This document shows, in pieces, positions 52,003 to 63,430 of a DNA stretch of 64,000 nt. This DNA is from Phoronis australis (Eukaryota > Animalia > Phoronida). The notes under the pieces are model-generated. The model was not told the origin of the DNA and did not search any database. It saw nothing but the letters and a program-made list of their open reading frames with translations. Location: assembly GCA_002633005.1 (NCBI GenBank), contig NMRA01000242.1, forward strand, positions 408,868-472,867, given 5' to 3'. Every line of letters starts with the position of its first letter. Position 1 is the stretch's first letter. The translations under genes and the position numbers were made by a program.

Positions 52003-52320
52003 CTGAAACGCGAACAACATTGCTATTGCCTATGGTAAAAGTTTTCGCCCGGTGATCGAGGTCAACATGTTGGCTTTCCAACCCAAAAACAGTGATAATC
52101 CAGGTATTGCTAAACAAAAGTAATAAAAATGGCGTTACCATAGTAGCCGCCAATGTGAAAGTATAAGCGACCAAGTTGAAGAATTGCTGATTCTGAGATG
52201 AAAGTTTATAATTTCATAATCCTGTCCAAGTCATTTAATAATGCTCGTTTTTTGATTTCGATTAGACAATCGCTGTTACACACATAGGCACTGGTGTAGG
52301 AGTGTAATAAGTACGGCTCT

Positions 52321-52414
52321 CAAGGGCGGATTTTGCCCTTCAGACATTCGCAACCGGAACTGCCAAATGCAATCTGGGAGAATTTTAGCGGCCCCCCCTC
52401 TAAATCCGCCACTG
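52321..52414 (-). mobile_element. Short hAT-like MITE, family of 14620-14776
   Basis: caagggcggat...atccgccactg. Flanks gctct/ggtct (one mismatch). Confidence 0.65.
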
Positions 52415-52625
52415 GGTCTTGTCTTTGATTGAAACTGTTAGTTCTTGACGGTCTTGAATCACGCAACACTAAAAACATGAAGATGTTTGGGCTGGCAAGT
52501 TGCTATCAAACATTTCGAACACGGATCTGACCAGCATATTTCCGTGGACATTGTTTCCGCGCACAAAACTACTACCCCGTCAATGAGGAACACGAAAGTT
52601 CATTCGGTGAAGCAAGGGACATTAC

Positions 52626-53205
52626 CTCGCTGGTTCTCTGCGTGTCCGCTAGGGAATAGAGATCACGCAGGTATCATTCAGTAGCACGCTTTTGTCACTG
52701 GTTGATGTAACCTCGGCAGTCATTGGTTAGCTTTCCAACAAGGAAAGAACATGGTGGACTGTGAACGATTTATAACCTTGTCATGCAAGTGGCGTGACAG
52801 AAAATCTCTCGTTTCTGCAGTAATGTTTAATAGCCGAGTGCGTGAAGCACATCATACAATGCTCACACATCTGGCCGATTCAACCGGTGTTTTATTCATA
52901 CTGTGGGAGTACAACGGGACAGCAACGTGAACAAAAGTTGGCAACAGTTGAAAAATGCACTCCGAAAAGGCACAACTTTCCGATTACATTTCTTGAACAC
53001 CGATTTGTCTACAACAGACCACAAACCATATCCTCATTTACTTCCTCCATCACTCATACCAGTTTGTTTACGCAAAGCGCCAGTTGTAGAGAATTCGACC
53101 AGCCAATCCGAAAGGCCGGTGTAAAAAAAAAAAATTCCCGAGGAAAATTAAATGATATACCTGCATGTTCTCCACCCCCTAGCGGACATGCAGGTAACCA
53201 GCGAG
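52626..53205. mobile_element. Old MITE-like element with ~53-bp imperfect inverted ends
   Basis: 52626-52678 (ctcgctggtt...gtccgctaggg...gcaggtat) is the reverse complement of 53151-53205. Confidence 0.55.
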
Positions 53206-54834
53206 TAGGGGACCTTACCATAGAAATGTCCGCATTCAGGCAAATCAAGTGGGTCCCTTATCACGCGAACGCCTTCACTATCTTCTGCTCTCAATGATCT
53301 ATTCAAACGTTTAAAAGGACTTTTAATCCTGATCACCTCCTCGTGGATATCCAGTCGCTCATTCCAAGTAAGTACAACATCTAATCTATTCTTCATGAGC
53401 CGGGGAATTCACTTCAGCCTGACATTAACAGTTGTAAGATGTTAGCATTTTTCAGATCGTAAGCAAAGAGTATTTCACTAGCCTCTTCCTCGAACCTCAA
53501 AATGGCGCTTATCGGCTTAGACAAAAAATGTGTCAGTCACATAAGATGTCTATGGTCAGACACATTTTTTACGGAAATCGCCGGAATATCACGAATAATT
53601 TAAAGTTATAACAAGTTTGAAATTTTCTGTAGTATAATATGAAAATGTAAGTTAACGGTATATTGCAGCAATTTAGGTCCAAATTATCGCAAAATGATTA
53701 ATTTCTGTAGTACTATAAATCAAAAGAAAAACCCTGAAAATAAGTACACCAACAACCTTTATTTCAAACAATGCCTTCTGCTTCATGAATGGCAGCAACA
53801 TCGCCCGTGGAAATAATAAAAATCTGCTTTTGTTTTAATGACGTTAAGGCAGTGGGCAATCATAGCGCAGAAAGTAATTCCCATAACCAAGCCTCAAATG
53901 GCTAAACCGATCAGCGCTATCTTGAGGCTTGGAGACGAAGCTGAGAGTCATTGCGTCATCGCCATCATGCCGGAGACTTCCGGCAAGCCAGGGCAAGGGG
54001 GCACAGAACAGTTCTCACCAGGGTTTGCCGATCAGAACACACGTCAATGGACTCGTCACCCTTTCTTTACTCTGTCAAAAACTGCAGGCAAAGAACTTGA
54101 AAAGTTTTGAGTCATTTCACATTACAAGCCCCACAGAAGAGCACAGAAACGCTCTCTCTTGTATTTTTGACCCTTTCACTCCAAGCCAGCCGCCCAAGAA
54201 AAATAGAGGCAAAACTGCAAAATCGGCACTTTTCACCTCAAAACAACCGCTTCCCTGCCGATGCTTGACTAAAGCCAACATAAAATTCCGAGAGAAAATT
54301 TCCTACCGATTCCAAAATGTAGTCCAAAAGTACTGTCAACCAACTATAGTTTTGGAAATCTGTCTTGTTTGAGGGTTACCTGAAATCGCAGCCAACTTCT
54401 CAGTCGCTACCTAGCAATGCACAAATGCAACAGGGGCCGCCATCTTGAACAAGAGTGCAGCTACAGCCGAGCAAGTGGTCTTTTTACATTCTCAACATGC
54501 TCACAGATACAAAAGAAAACATATTCACTTGGCCTATATGCAACACCTAACTAAAGATTGCCCCCAAGCCTGGCCTACCCCTAGATTTTTGGCTGCGACC
54601 GCAGGTTAACTGTTCAGTGCCACGGAACTTGCATGCAAAATGCATAGGGGAAGTGCAACTCAGACAGGTGAGTTTTTCAATGCTAGCTTACCTACAAAAG
54701 CACGGGTGGCGTCTCACTGAATTCCTTGAGAAATCGTTGTTGCCAACGTTCGAAATAAAAACAGGACATCCGAAAAAAGCGGTAGACATGGATTCATGAC
54801 AGGAATGCCTGCCGGAGCACCCAGAAACGCTAAC

Positions 54835-55307
54835 TGGTTTTTTTTTGTTCGAACGGGAAAATACACACTCGACAACGCCCCCATCAGGGACGTTTTTGCT
54901 TCAACGAGAAAATACACACCCCAAAACGTACCACATAACGTTTTTTTTTTCTTCAGCGTGAAAATACACCCCCCTAACAACCCCGATGACGTTTCCCGCT
55001 TCAACGGGAAAATACACAAGCCTCCAAACAACTCCGATGACGTTTTTCGTTTCAACGGGAAAATACAAACCCCAAAACGCCGCCATTTCTTTTTTTGATC
55101 GAACAGGAAAATACAAACCCAAAACGCTCTCACCCGATGACAGTTTTTTTGCTTCAACGGAAAAATAGACGCCTCAAAACGTCCCGGTGACGTTTTTTTG
55201 CCTGAACGGGAATACGCACCCCACGACGCACTGATGAAACTTTTTGCTCGAACAGGATAATACACACTCCAAAAATCCCCGACGACGATTGTTACTCGAA
55301 CGGGAAA
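54835..55307 (+). repeat. Degenerate ~45-50-bp tandem repeat (aacgggaaaatacac...ccgatgacgtttt)
   Basis: About ten recurrences of aacg(g/a)gaaaata. Confidence 0.8.
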
Positions 55308-55333
55308 GTGCCGCAATATCCTAAAACCCTAAA

Positions 55334-55438
55334 ACACACACACACACACAGACATACACAGACAGTCAGACAGACACAGACAGACAGACACAGACAGACA
55401 GACACAGACAGACACACACACACGCACACACGCACACA
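55334..55438 (+). repeat. Compound (CA)n/(CAGA)n microsatellite
   Basis: Read directly. Confidence 0.95.
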
Positions 55439-55462
55439 TCTCGTCTACTCTACTAGGAGTGG

Positions 55463-55652
55463 ATATAAAATAGTAAAACTAGTAAAACTAAAATGACGAG
55501 CGTCGGTACTAAAATATGTTAAAATATCCCCACGTATCGAGGGATGCGCACACCCTTGAGAAAGATCGCATCGCTCGATACATGGGGATATTTTAATAAA
55601 TTTTAGTACCGACGCTCGTCATTTTAGTTTTACTAGTTTTACTATTTTATAT
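55463..55652. repeat. 190-bp near-perfect palindrome (hairpin MITE-like)
   Basis: atataaaatagtaaaactag...gatgcg / cgcatc...ctagttttactattttatat, with ~85-bp arms and a short loop. Confidence 0.9.
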
Positions 55653-55798
55653 TTTTATTCGTCGCTAACTGCACGGCATTGCAACATCTATTTGATTTCA
55701 ACATGGCTCTTGAGGAGCGGATACGTTGCAAAATTTCATATATGATGGTTTGAGAGTCGAATTTTGGGGTGTAACCGTCACGTCGACGAAGAACATAT

Positions 55799-56184
55799 GT
55801 TACTGCAGGCGCAATTTGTTGTTTTTGATATATGTATATGCATTTTCATTGCCCGTATATTTGAAGTAGCCCCAGACCTTGGACACGTCACGTGGTACTG
55901 GCATTAAAAGCGTTTTACCCGCCAGTTCTATTAAACTCGTATTCTGATCTGGGTGCAGTGTAGGCATATTATTAGTCTTCAATGTCTTTGTTAAGTGCTT
56001 ACAAGGTTTTCATGATGTAAGTAATGTTCTTTTTTGCTTACTTGTCTTTATACTTATGGTTTTTGCATTGCATTTTCACACTATTTACTTTCTCCGTATT
56101 TCTTCGTTCTTAGTTCATGCCGGGAATTCAGGCGTTGTTCGCTGTGACCTTGGGATTGCAGATCACAAACCAGTTAAGTTTCTC
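55799..56184 (+). repeat. Dispersed repeat, copy 2 (homologous to 702-1023)
   Basis: Colinear similarity with an internal insertion. Confidence 0.75.
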
Positions 56185-56203
56185 GCGCCTATATTATATT
56201 TAA

Positions 56204-57811
56204 AGGAGCATGCCACCCAAAAAAACAACCTAATTTGTATCAATTTAGATCGAGTAGTTCTACTCCATAACGACACGTACGGTTGCGTTACCTGACACCT
56301 GACGGCAGACAGAGGTGTTGAAATTGTCCAATGACGTCATCGGTTTCACACGCAGTCTGTTCAGCAGTTCACAACACGGGTTACTGGTGTCAGCTTATCG
56401 CTTGAAGTCATCGTTTAACACCAATAAATCATAAAACTTCGATGTAAAACCCTTGAAAATGCACCGAGTTCTTATAAAAACGTGTTGTTTTATTTCGCTC
56501 TTACGGATTTATTGGTATTTGGACACACCGTAGCCTAGAAAGTTCGGCAGGCCAATAAGGTCCGTGGCAGGAGTTTGGGGTCTGTTCGGAGATAATTTCG
56601 AAGTATTTTCCGTGAGATACAGACAGTAGAACCTAGATATGTGTTGTTTAGACTTGTGATTTTTTGAGTTCTAAACACAAAACGCTTGTTATCCTGGCCA
56701 GTTGGTCGGAGCCCGATCAGGCCCGTCGCCGGAGTTGACTCCGCCGTTATCCCGGCCAGTGGCTCGGAAACTGATCAGACATCACGAACATGAACCAGCC
56801 AAAGTTCAGTGGAAACTAAACTTCCAGTCAAGAAAATATTATACTAGTGAGCCAAAGTAATGTGCACGTGATTATGTTGGTGAATTAGCCACGAAACTGC
56901 AGATGTTGTACATAGACAATTATTATTTTAGTAATGTAAATGTAAACAAAGATTCCCCTAACACCTGGCCGTGGGATAGAAATCGAGTTGTTTCACAACA
57001 GTTTCTGCCAGCAAACACTAAATTAGCATGAGCTCATACGACCTCAGTGTCCCGTCAATTAGTTTTGTTGCACCTAAAGCCGGTAACGCGGTGATTTATT
57101 CATTGCTGGCTTCTCAAATCATTTGCACTCAAGAACACTCCAAAGGCATTACAAATTGCATCTAATGAGACAGACTTTGTTCCAGTTTTATATTAGTTAG
57201 GGTGAAAATAATTCATTTTGAAGCAAAACGCTCAGTAATAAACGTCAACACGGCAACTCCCAATCCCGACTTAGGACGAGCTAGAGCTCATCAGTCCCGA
57301 CTTCGCAGGTGGATCGTTAAGTTTTACAGGCAATCAATTCGAACACGAATACAGTGATGAAGAAATACTAGAGAGGCACCGTGAAAAAGCTCAGGCAACG
57401 GAACGTATGGAGTTATTTGGTAAGCCAGCATTCGTCAGGCACAGTCGACGTCTGCAGGCCACAGACACGGAGATGTTTCACGGCCTCATACTTGCTATTT
57501 ACAGCGTGCATTCAATTCTTTGCTACCATGAACCACTTCCTAAGCATTTGGACTTTCAAGATAGTAAAAAAAAAACGATACACCCGCTTTCCTCGCAGCT
57601 GTTTAGTTCGGACAAGCGGGAACGATGCACCGCAACATAGCGGCATTCACTCTGCATATGAACCACTGACGTCGCTAGCGTCGTTTCTCACCTTCTTCAC
57701 AGGCTAATGCGACACCTCTTGGCAAGGTAAGGTCGACCGTATGCGAGGCGATGTGGATATAGACCGATTTAAACGGCAAAAAAGACTAATTAAATCGGGT
57801 GGCATTCTCCT
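56204..57811 (+). mobile_element. Kolobok-like non-autonomous element, copy 2 (1.6 kb)
   Basis: TTAA|aggagcatgccaccc ... gggtggcattctcct|TTAA. AG...CT termini with a TTAA TSD are typical of Kolobok. Confidence 0.85.
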
Positions 57812-58008
57812 TTAAACTGTTTAGTGTGATTTGATATTTAGGTTCACGGGCTCATTGTGAATTTGTGAGTAACTTATATTAGTTTTCCTACCTCGTAGTG
57901 TTTTCATTCCAATCCTATGAGCAATTGTCGGATAAGCACATGTACGTAAACCCTCATTTCATGCCGGTTCAATGAATTGGAATTTGACTAATGCGTTTGT
58001 ATTAATTT

Positions 58009-61000
58009 TCAGTGTGAAGCTTTGTGAACCATAACACGTGCGAATTCAAACGTACCTTTCCGATCATGCTGAGTCTGCGGATTTTGACCTTCTCCTGGAA
58101 TCAATGACGCTGGACGGCAAGAAGTTGAAGGTTGTGGACAGATTGCGGGATTGGCTTGATGTTCAGTCCGTGAGGATGCATCTCCGACTTCTTGAGAAAA
58201 ACGTCCGTCAGACTTTTCTTCGCAAACGGGCGAGTCGTTTACGGAAGAACTTGCACTTTCAAAGGAGGGTTTCAGTATACCGTATGCTACGGGACCTGAC
58301 CATGTAAATCCAATGTAGAATTTCACTGGTTGGTACCGCCACGTATCGAACGGAACTGGTACTGCAGATGGTATTCTTAAAATTTGGTCGCGAAACGTCC
58401 CGTAAATGAATTCAATGCTATCCAATTTCTCGGTCATTTTCCCTTCAAACTGGTTAAGATGTTGCTTGACTTCATCAGATTTCCAAAAGCTTTGTCCATG
58501 GTAACTGGTCTTAAATTTGGAATAGTGCACAAAACTTTCGATTCCTGCTCCCTTTGCGAGAAAAAATACATTTTTCTCTTTAAGTCCATAAACCTCATGC
58601 CCATGTGTTGGTGGATACTTCTTGACATAATCTTTTTTCCAGTAGTCTATAGCTTGATTTAGCGGCGTGGGCAGACGCGGCACATCTTTGGTCTCGAAGC
58701 TTGGCCAGTTTAGAATTACATAAAACATGTATGGCTCAAGACACACCTTGGACTGGGAGAGGGTAGCTCTTTGCTCAAATAAGTGATGACTCCATTCTAC
58801 AATAGCTTCGCTGCTAACTCCCAAAGCTCTCAGAGGTTGTTCAAGTATGCGAGCGCGAGTTATGTATGCACCCAACAGAATTAAGAGATCCACAGAAGTT
58901 TTGAAGGGAGAATCACAGTTGTTATGCATAAGTTTGCAAACGTGTGACAAAAGTCTATCTGCCTCGGCTTCGCCTCTACTTTTTGCCATTTTTACCATGC
59001 CTGCAAAAGAGTTTCCACAAAGTCTGAATGCTCGCCTTCGCCTGTATTCGGATTTTCCGTTCTCGTCAAGTGAATCCGGTACTTCATTTTTGTCTTCTCC
59101 AAAATAATGTTGCAGGTTTTCCTTGACTTTCGCTATTTCCATTTGCAACGACTTCTTCAGGGTAAGCTGCACGGTATCGAGGTACTCCTCTCGAACTTGT
59201 GTTTCCAATTCTTCCACGGCTACAAGAGTCTGGTGAACAGTTGCCCCTAAAGACTTGAGTTTTTGAACAAGTTTGGGGTTGGCTTTTTTCCAGGACAACA
59301 CAAGCTTTGGGTAGTAATCTCGGTCAAAAAAGAACTTCCGTAAGTCCTCGTCAAGCAATTCTGGGATAATCTGCAAATATTCTAGCAGTTTATTGGCAGT
59401 ATCAAGCTCGCCATTGTACCCAGACATGTTGGTCACCCCCTGGTAATTTTGTGGCAAGCTGTGTCGCTGAGCCTCTTTGAAAGCGTCCATTGCATCAAAT
59501 GCGCACTGCACAACATCTATAGCAGGTGCAATCATGACTGATGTTGACCTCAAGACTTTTAAGGCCTTTACCAATTGCTGTTTATAAACTTGACCATACG
59601 TGTCAAGCAAGTAAGAACTTTCTGGCTTTTGACATAAGCCCTCCTTGGCATAGTGCAGTGCCGTTTGATGATTAGAGTCGTTGTAACTGTCTGTTGCAGA
59701 ATACATAAAAAATCGTGATACCTGTTGAGCAATGAAAGGATCGTTAAAAAACTGGTACCCTCTTATCAAAAGGTCAGCTGCAATCTGGTGCGACTCTTTG
59801 TTCATCACGTGGTCAATTAATGGAGCATACTTAGATTTCTGATCCAAACCTTCTTCTTGGACACGCTTTATAAGCACGTCTCGCACTATGTCGTGCAACG
59901 GTTTTACGTAGTAGGTAGACTTATGTATGCAAAATATATCTTTGCAGTCAAGAAGTTCGATGAAAATTTCACTCGTTGTTTGCGCTTTCTTAAAAATGTC
60001 AAGGACATGTTTTGCAAGAGTTCTGTTGCACGTAGTAAGTCCTCTGTAGTTGTTACACCGTGTTTCGCTTACCAAGAGTTTCCAAGGTTCGCTGGCAGCT
60101 CTCTCCCATTGTGGTTTCCATGAACCAAGTTGTCGTTGACGTACGGGAACGGTTATGCCAAAGTTGACACCATTCAAGAACTGTGCATTAAGTATAAATT
60201 TGTCAAAAGCAGACACAGGGACTGATCTTAAGTCTTGGTCAAAGAAATTCAGCAGCGAAACGTACTTAAGTATCGTACGCTCTGTTTCATTGGTCATGTC
60301 CTTGAGAAGGCTCTCAACGGTGTCCTTTATGGCTTGTTCGTTAAAATTGGTTTTCATTATGTTGAACGAAAACAGAAACTTTGGGTCAGCGCCTCCTCTG
60401 TTTTTGTACTCTAACTCAAGCTCTTTATATTTCTTTCCGAACCATTTCAACTCTTCTTTCAACAGCTGATGTCGCAATGTTAGTTTTTCATCTTTAGGGA
60501 CCTTGCTTTGGCGCCTGCATATTAGTAAAACCACACTGAATCTGTTGAATCTACACCCTTCAGATGTTTCATTTTCAACATGATGCGTAGATTCTTGAAT
60601 TGAAGCTTCCCATTGATGCCGCTTTGCTAACGTCTCTAATTCAGTTCGCAGCTGTCTGATATTCTCGGGATCTTCGTTGTCTAGAAGCACTAGAACAGGC
60701 CGTGTCAGATTTTCGTGTTTTTCTCCAAACATTCGTAGTCTAAAGACGTGCTGACTAGTCTTGGAAGGAGACATTTCTTTTACAACTGCACATCTGTATC
60801 GTTTTCGAAGCTCCCACAGAACATGGCGACTGCTTGTTGTTGCTCCCGCACCCGGCTGGTGATATAAGTTAATAATGCCAACAGAGTTTCCATCGACATT
60901 TTCCGATGGGTTTCCTTCTAACGTATTTTCCACAACTTTCAGCAGCTTTTTGTGAATGTGACGTTCACACACATGCCCATGGGCAAAATTCTGCCAGCTG

Positions 61001-62772
61001 ACCTTTCCTCCCTTAAAAAATCGTGTTTCTTCTTCTTTCTTTAAGAAACTAACATCTTTCACTTTTGTTAACCTTTTCAGTTGTTCTTCACATTCATTCA
61101 TTCCTACTACTTCAAGGCACGTGAGATCATTTCTTCCCGTAAATGGGATTGCACCTCGAGATGAAGGTATTTTGCAGACCACGTTTAACTTAGGTTCGTT
61201 TAGCAATTTTACATATTCCGAAAATATGTGCCACGGAATTCCTGCGATACATCTATCCAGGACTACTTCTTTACTTTGATACTTTCTGGTGATCACTTCC
61301 TCGTTCCACCTGTCAAGCAACTCTTCATCTTCACAAACAACACACCAATTATTTGGAAATGCCATGTCGAGCTCGGTAAAGATTTCCAGCATGATCTCAA
61401 TATTTTCCGACAATATCGCGAATATGATCATGGCGCGGTCGAGAGGTACTTCTTCCTGCAATATGCTGATAATGTTTCTGAGCCCTTCTGTATGTTGTCG
61501 TCTCCATTCTATCGATCCTTCTAACCCTGTTTCTTCATAACCATTCATAGATATCCAAGGTGTAAAATTTGACGTTAGAAGAGGGATGTCGTTGCGACCA
61601 AAGTCGTCAATCTTATTTACAGAAATTGGCTCTCCTTTGCCGCTAAGATATTTGCAAAGCATTGCTGTATTGTCGAAGTCAAAAACAGCAGACCACTGGA
61701 CAGCGTCAACAAATGAATATCGATCGTCTATTATCTCTGTTGAAGAAAGGCTGGCAGGTAACGAATTAGCCACAAGTATAGGAAACATTCCGTCGTTAAT
61801 AGTGTTGTTGCCGAGGGTTATGAAGTCAACTAGACTTGATACCTTTTCTGAATAAAACGAAGGAGGTCGTTTGTCTCCTCCCTTTTCGGCCAATTCTCTA
61901 GATTTACGCCATACCGGTCGTTCCTTAAGAAACTGCGTCTGTTCAAGTGGATTAAGTTGTGCAACATTTCTGTTGTTTTTCAGGATAAAAAACAATGAAT
62001 CTTTGTCACTGTTGCGACTCACAAAAACCTCTTGAGCATCTATGCGGGGTAGTATCTCTAATTCAACGACCTTTAGGCTACTCTTATTCCCATTCGACTC
62101 GTCAACGTCAATGACTTGCAACTCGGGAATTTGAAAACCGATCATGTTTCGTTGGTCCTCGGGAAAACTTTCTAGAACCAACAGCCTGAAATCTTGAGCA
62201 TTGCAGTCTAACGTAATACCTTTAATTACGCCGTCCGTTTGAATACCCAAGTGAACTGTGCCATTCTGAAAACTGTTCAGGCAGGCTGCAATTGTAGACA
62301 CTACGTCGCTCAATACCGCCTTGTCAGTAAGACCGCCAGTGCAAGGAATAAAGCTGTGAAAATGTGCCAACATGCTGTGTTCACAATCCGACAATGGATA
62401 AGTCTCGCCAAGAACATAACCTAACTTTTGTTCAGTTTGATCGCAATGTGTGGATGTTGGTATTTGAACATATTCCTGCATTTTAGGACTCGACCCAACA
62501 ACAGGTGAGCAGGAACTTTGTGTGCAAGACACTTTCAATTTGTGAAATCTTTTCTCTAGTTTTAATATTTTCCCAGCTGGTAAATTGGGGTTGAAAGCTT
62601 TAATGGATGAAACGCAGTTTTCCTTTTCCATTATATGACAGAACGCCTCCCCGTCTATTTCCTCTGCCTCGAATATACTTGCTTGCTTCTCATGGAGACC
62701 GCATTCGTCCACAAGCCACTGTTTCACTTGCAGCGTTGTTTTGCTGCTAAACTTGTCCCACTCCGTCTCCAT
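58009..62772 (-). CDS. SAMD9: SAMD9/SAMD9L-like protein (SAM, AlbA_2/Schlafen-like, SIR2-like, STAND NTPase, TPR-like, OB-fold); 1587 aa if unspliced
   Basis: SAM (VKQWL...EEIDG), AACLNSFQNGTVHLGI, WSAVFDFD, LYHQPGAGATT..RHVLWELRKRYRCAVV, PVLVLLD, DPFIAQQVSR, VKFYIGFTWSGPVAYGI. ATG at 62772 follows the acceptor (t)11gcag. Possible donor at 58056. Confidence 0.93.
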   Translation of the reverse strand: METEWDKFSSKTTLQVKQWLVDECGLHEKQASIFEAEEIDGEAFCHIMEKENCVSSIKAFNPNLPAGKILKLEKRFHKLKVSCTQSSCSPVVGSSPKMQEYVQIPTSTHCDQTEQKLGYVLGETYPLSDCEHSMLAHFHSFIPCTGGLTDKAVLSDVVSTIAACLNSFQNGTVHLGIQTDGVIKGITLDCNAQDFRLLVLESFPEDQRNMIGFQIPELQVIDVDESNGNKSSLKVVELEILPRIDAQEVFVSRNSDKDSLFFILKNNRNVAQLNPLEQTQFLKERPVWRKSRELAEKGGDKRPPSFYSEKVSSLVDFITLGNNTINDGMFPILVANSLPASLSSTEIIDDRYSFVDAVQWSAVFDFDNTAMLCKYLSGKGEPISVNKIDDFGRNDIPLLTSNFTPWISMNGYEETGLEGSIEWRRQHTEGLRNIISILQEEVPLDRAMIIFAILSENIEIMLEIFTELDMAFPNNWCVVCEDEELLDRWNEEVITRKYQSKEVVLDRCIAGIPWHIFSEYVKLLNEPKLNVVCKIPSSRGAIPFTGRNDLTCLEVVGMNECEEQLKRLTKVKDVSFLKKEEETRFFKGGKVSWQNFAHGHVCERHIHKKLLKVVENTLEGNPSENVDGNSVGIINLYHQPGAGATTSSRHVLWELRKRYRCAVVKEMSPSKTSQHVFRLRMFGEKHENLTRPVLVLLDNEDPENIRQLRTELETLAKRHQWEASIQESTHHVENETSEGCRFNRFSVVLLICRRQSKVPKDEKLTLRHQLLKEELKWFGKKYKELELEYKNRGGADPKFLFSFNIMKTNFNEQAIKDTVESLLKDMTNETERTILKYVSLLNFFDQDLRSVPVSAFDKFILNAQFLNGVNFGITVPVRQRQLGSWKPQWERAASEPWKLLVSETRCNNYRGLTTCNRTLAKHVLDIFKKAQTTSEIFIELLDCKDIFCIHKSTYYVKPLHDIVRDVLIKRVQEEGLDQKSKYAPLIDHVMNKESHQIAADLLIRGYQFFNDPFIAQQVSRFFMYSATDSYNDSNHQTALHYAKEGLCQKPESSYLLDTYGQVYKQQLVKALKVLRSTSVMIAPAIDVVQCAFDAMDAFKEAQRHSLPQNYQGVTNMSGYNGELDTANKLLEYLQIIPELLDEDLRKFFFDRDYYPKLVLSWKKANPKLVQKLKSLGATVHQTLVAVEELETQVREEYLDTVQLTLKKSLQMEIAKVKENLQHYFGEDKNEVPDSLDENGKSEYRRRRAFRLCGNSFAGMVKMAKSRGEAEADRLLSHVCKLMHNNCDSPFKTSVDLLILLGAYITRARILEQPLRALGVSSEAIVEWSHHLFEQRATLSQSKVCLEPYMFYVILNWPSFETKDVPRLPTPLNQAIDYWKKDYVKKYPPTHGHEVYGLKEKNVFFLAKGAGIESFVHYSKFKTSYHGQSFWKSDEVKQHLNQFEGKMTEKLDSIEFIYGTFRDQILRIPSAVPVPFDTWRYQPVKFYIGFTWSGPVAYGILKPSFESASSSVNDSPVCEEKSDGRFSQEVGDASSRTEHQANPAICPQPSTSCRPASLIPGEGQNPQTQHDRKGTFEFARVMVHKASH

Positions 62773-63421
62773 TGTTTCTGCTGCTGCTGCTGCAAAAAAA
62801 AAAACGAAATAACACAAGGACTTGAAAGATAATGTTACACTGTAAGAAGCCTTGCATGAACATCAGGACTCATTATGTGCATTTTAACGCATGATGTTCA
62901 TGTTAACTCATTATGTAAATGAAATTCGTCTCCGTTCATTTTGTGTTCGTAAACACCTGTGAAGTTCGCTATGATTCATTAGTCGTCTACATTTAAAGAT
63001 ATTATGTAAGGTTGTTTAAACATCTGTAGGCCTACAGTGGTTTATTTTAGGCTTTAATCTCAAAGCAGGTTTACATTTCACAAGAGAGATCTATTTTTTA
63101 CATCTGAATGTACTCGACTTTCAAAGAAGCACAGAATGGAACCAACTATGCTTTTCCGGTTTAATCCGCACTACTTTTATTTAAATGGATTAAGTAACGA
63201 TTGGATACATGTAATGGAGAGGGATCGCGTTTTCATGACACCAGCTTCGAAGTTTTGCTAAGGAACATTTTACTGTGACAATTCATTTCGTCAGTACCAA
63301 ATGACAATTATCTAAAACCCCCTCGACCCACGACCTCGTCGACCCATATCCCCCCAATGCACGACCCCCTCGGCCCACCACGTAATTGCACAAAGCCGGG
63401 TTCGGCTCCGTCAGGTTATCG

Positions 63422-63430
63422 ACTCACCTT
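63422..63430 (-). promoter_or_regulatory. Splice donor of the probable 5' exon of the SAMD9-like gene
   Basis: Consensus aag|gtgagt, ~630 bp upstream of the acceptor, at the edge of a GC-richer region. Confidence 0.6.

Noticed and set aside
52003-52174. Signal-peptide-like ORF (MVTPFLLLLFS...)
   Set aside because: The hydrophobic run comes from a T-rich tract. Only the Lys-rich end has a phase-matched acceptor and a paralogue.
54714-55316. 200-aa ORF
   Set aside because: Translation of a degenerate tandem repeat.
62773-62817. ORF-track N-terminus MCYFVFFFAAAAAET
   Set aside because: Non-ATG start within the polypyrimidine tract and acceptor. The first ATG is at 62772.
58038-62832. Many plus-strand ORFs
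   Set aside because: Antisense shadows of the SAMD9-like exon.
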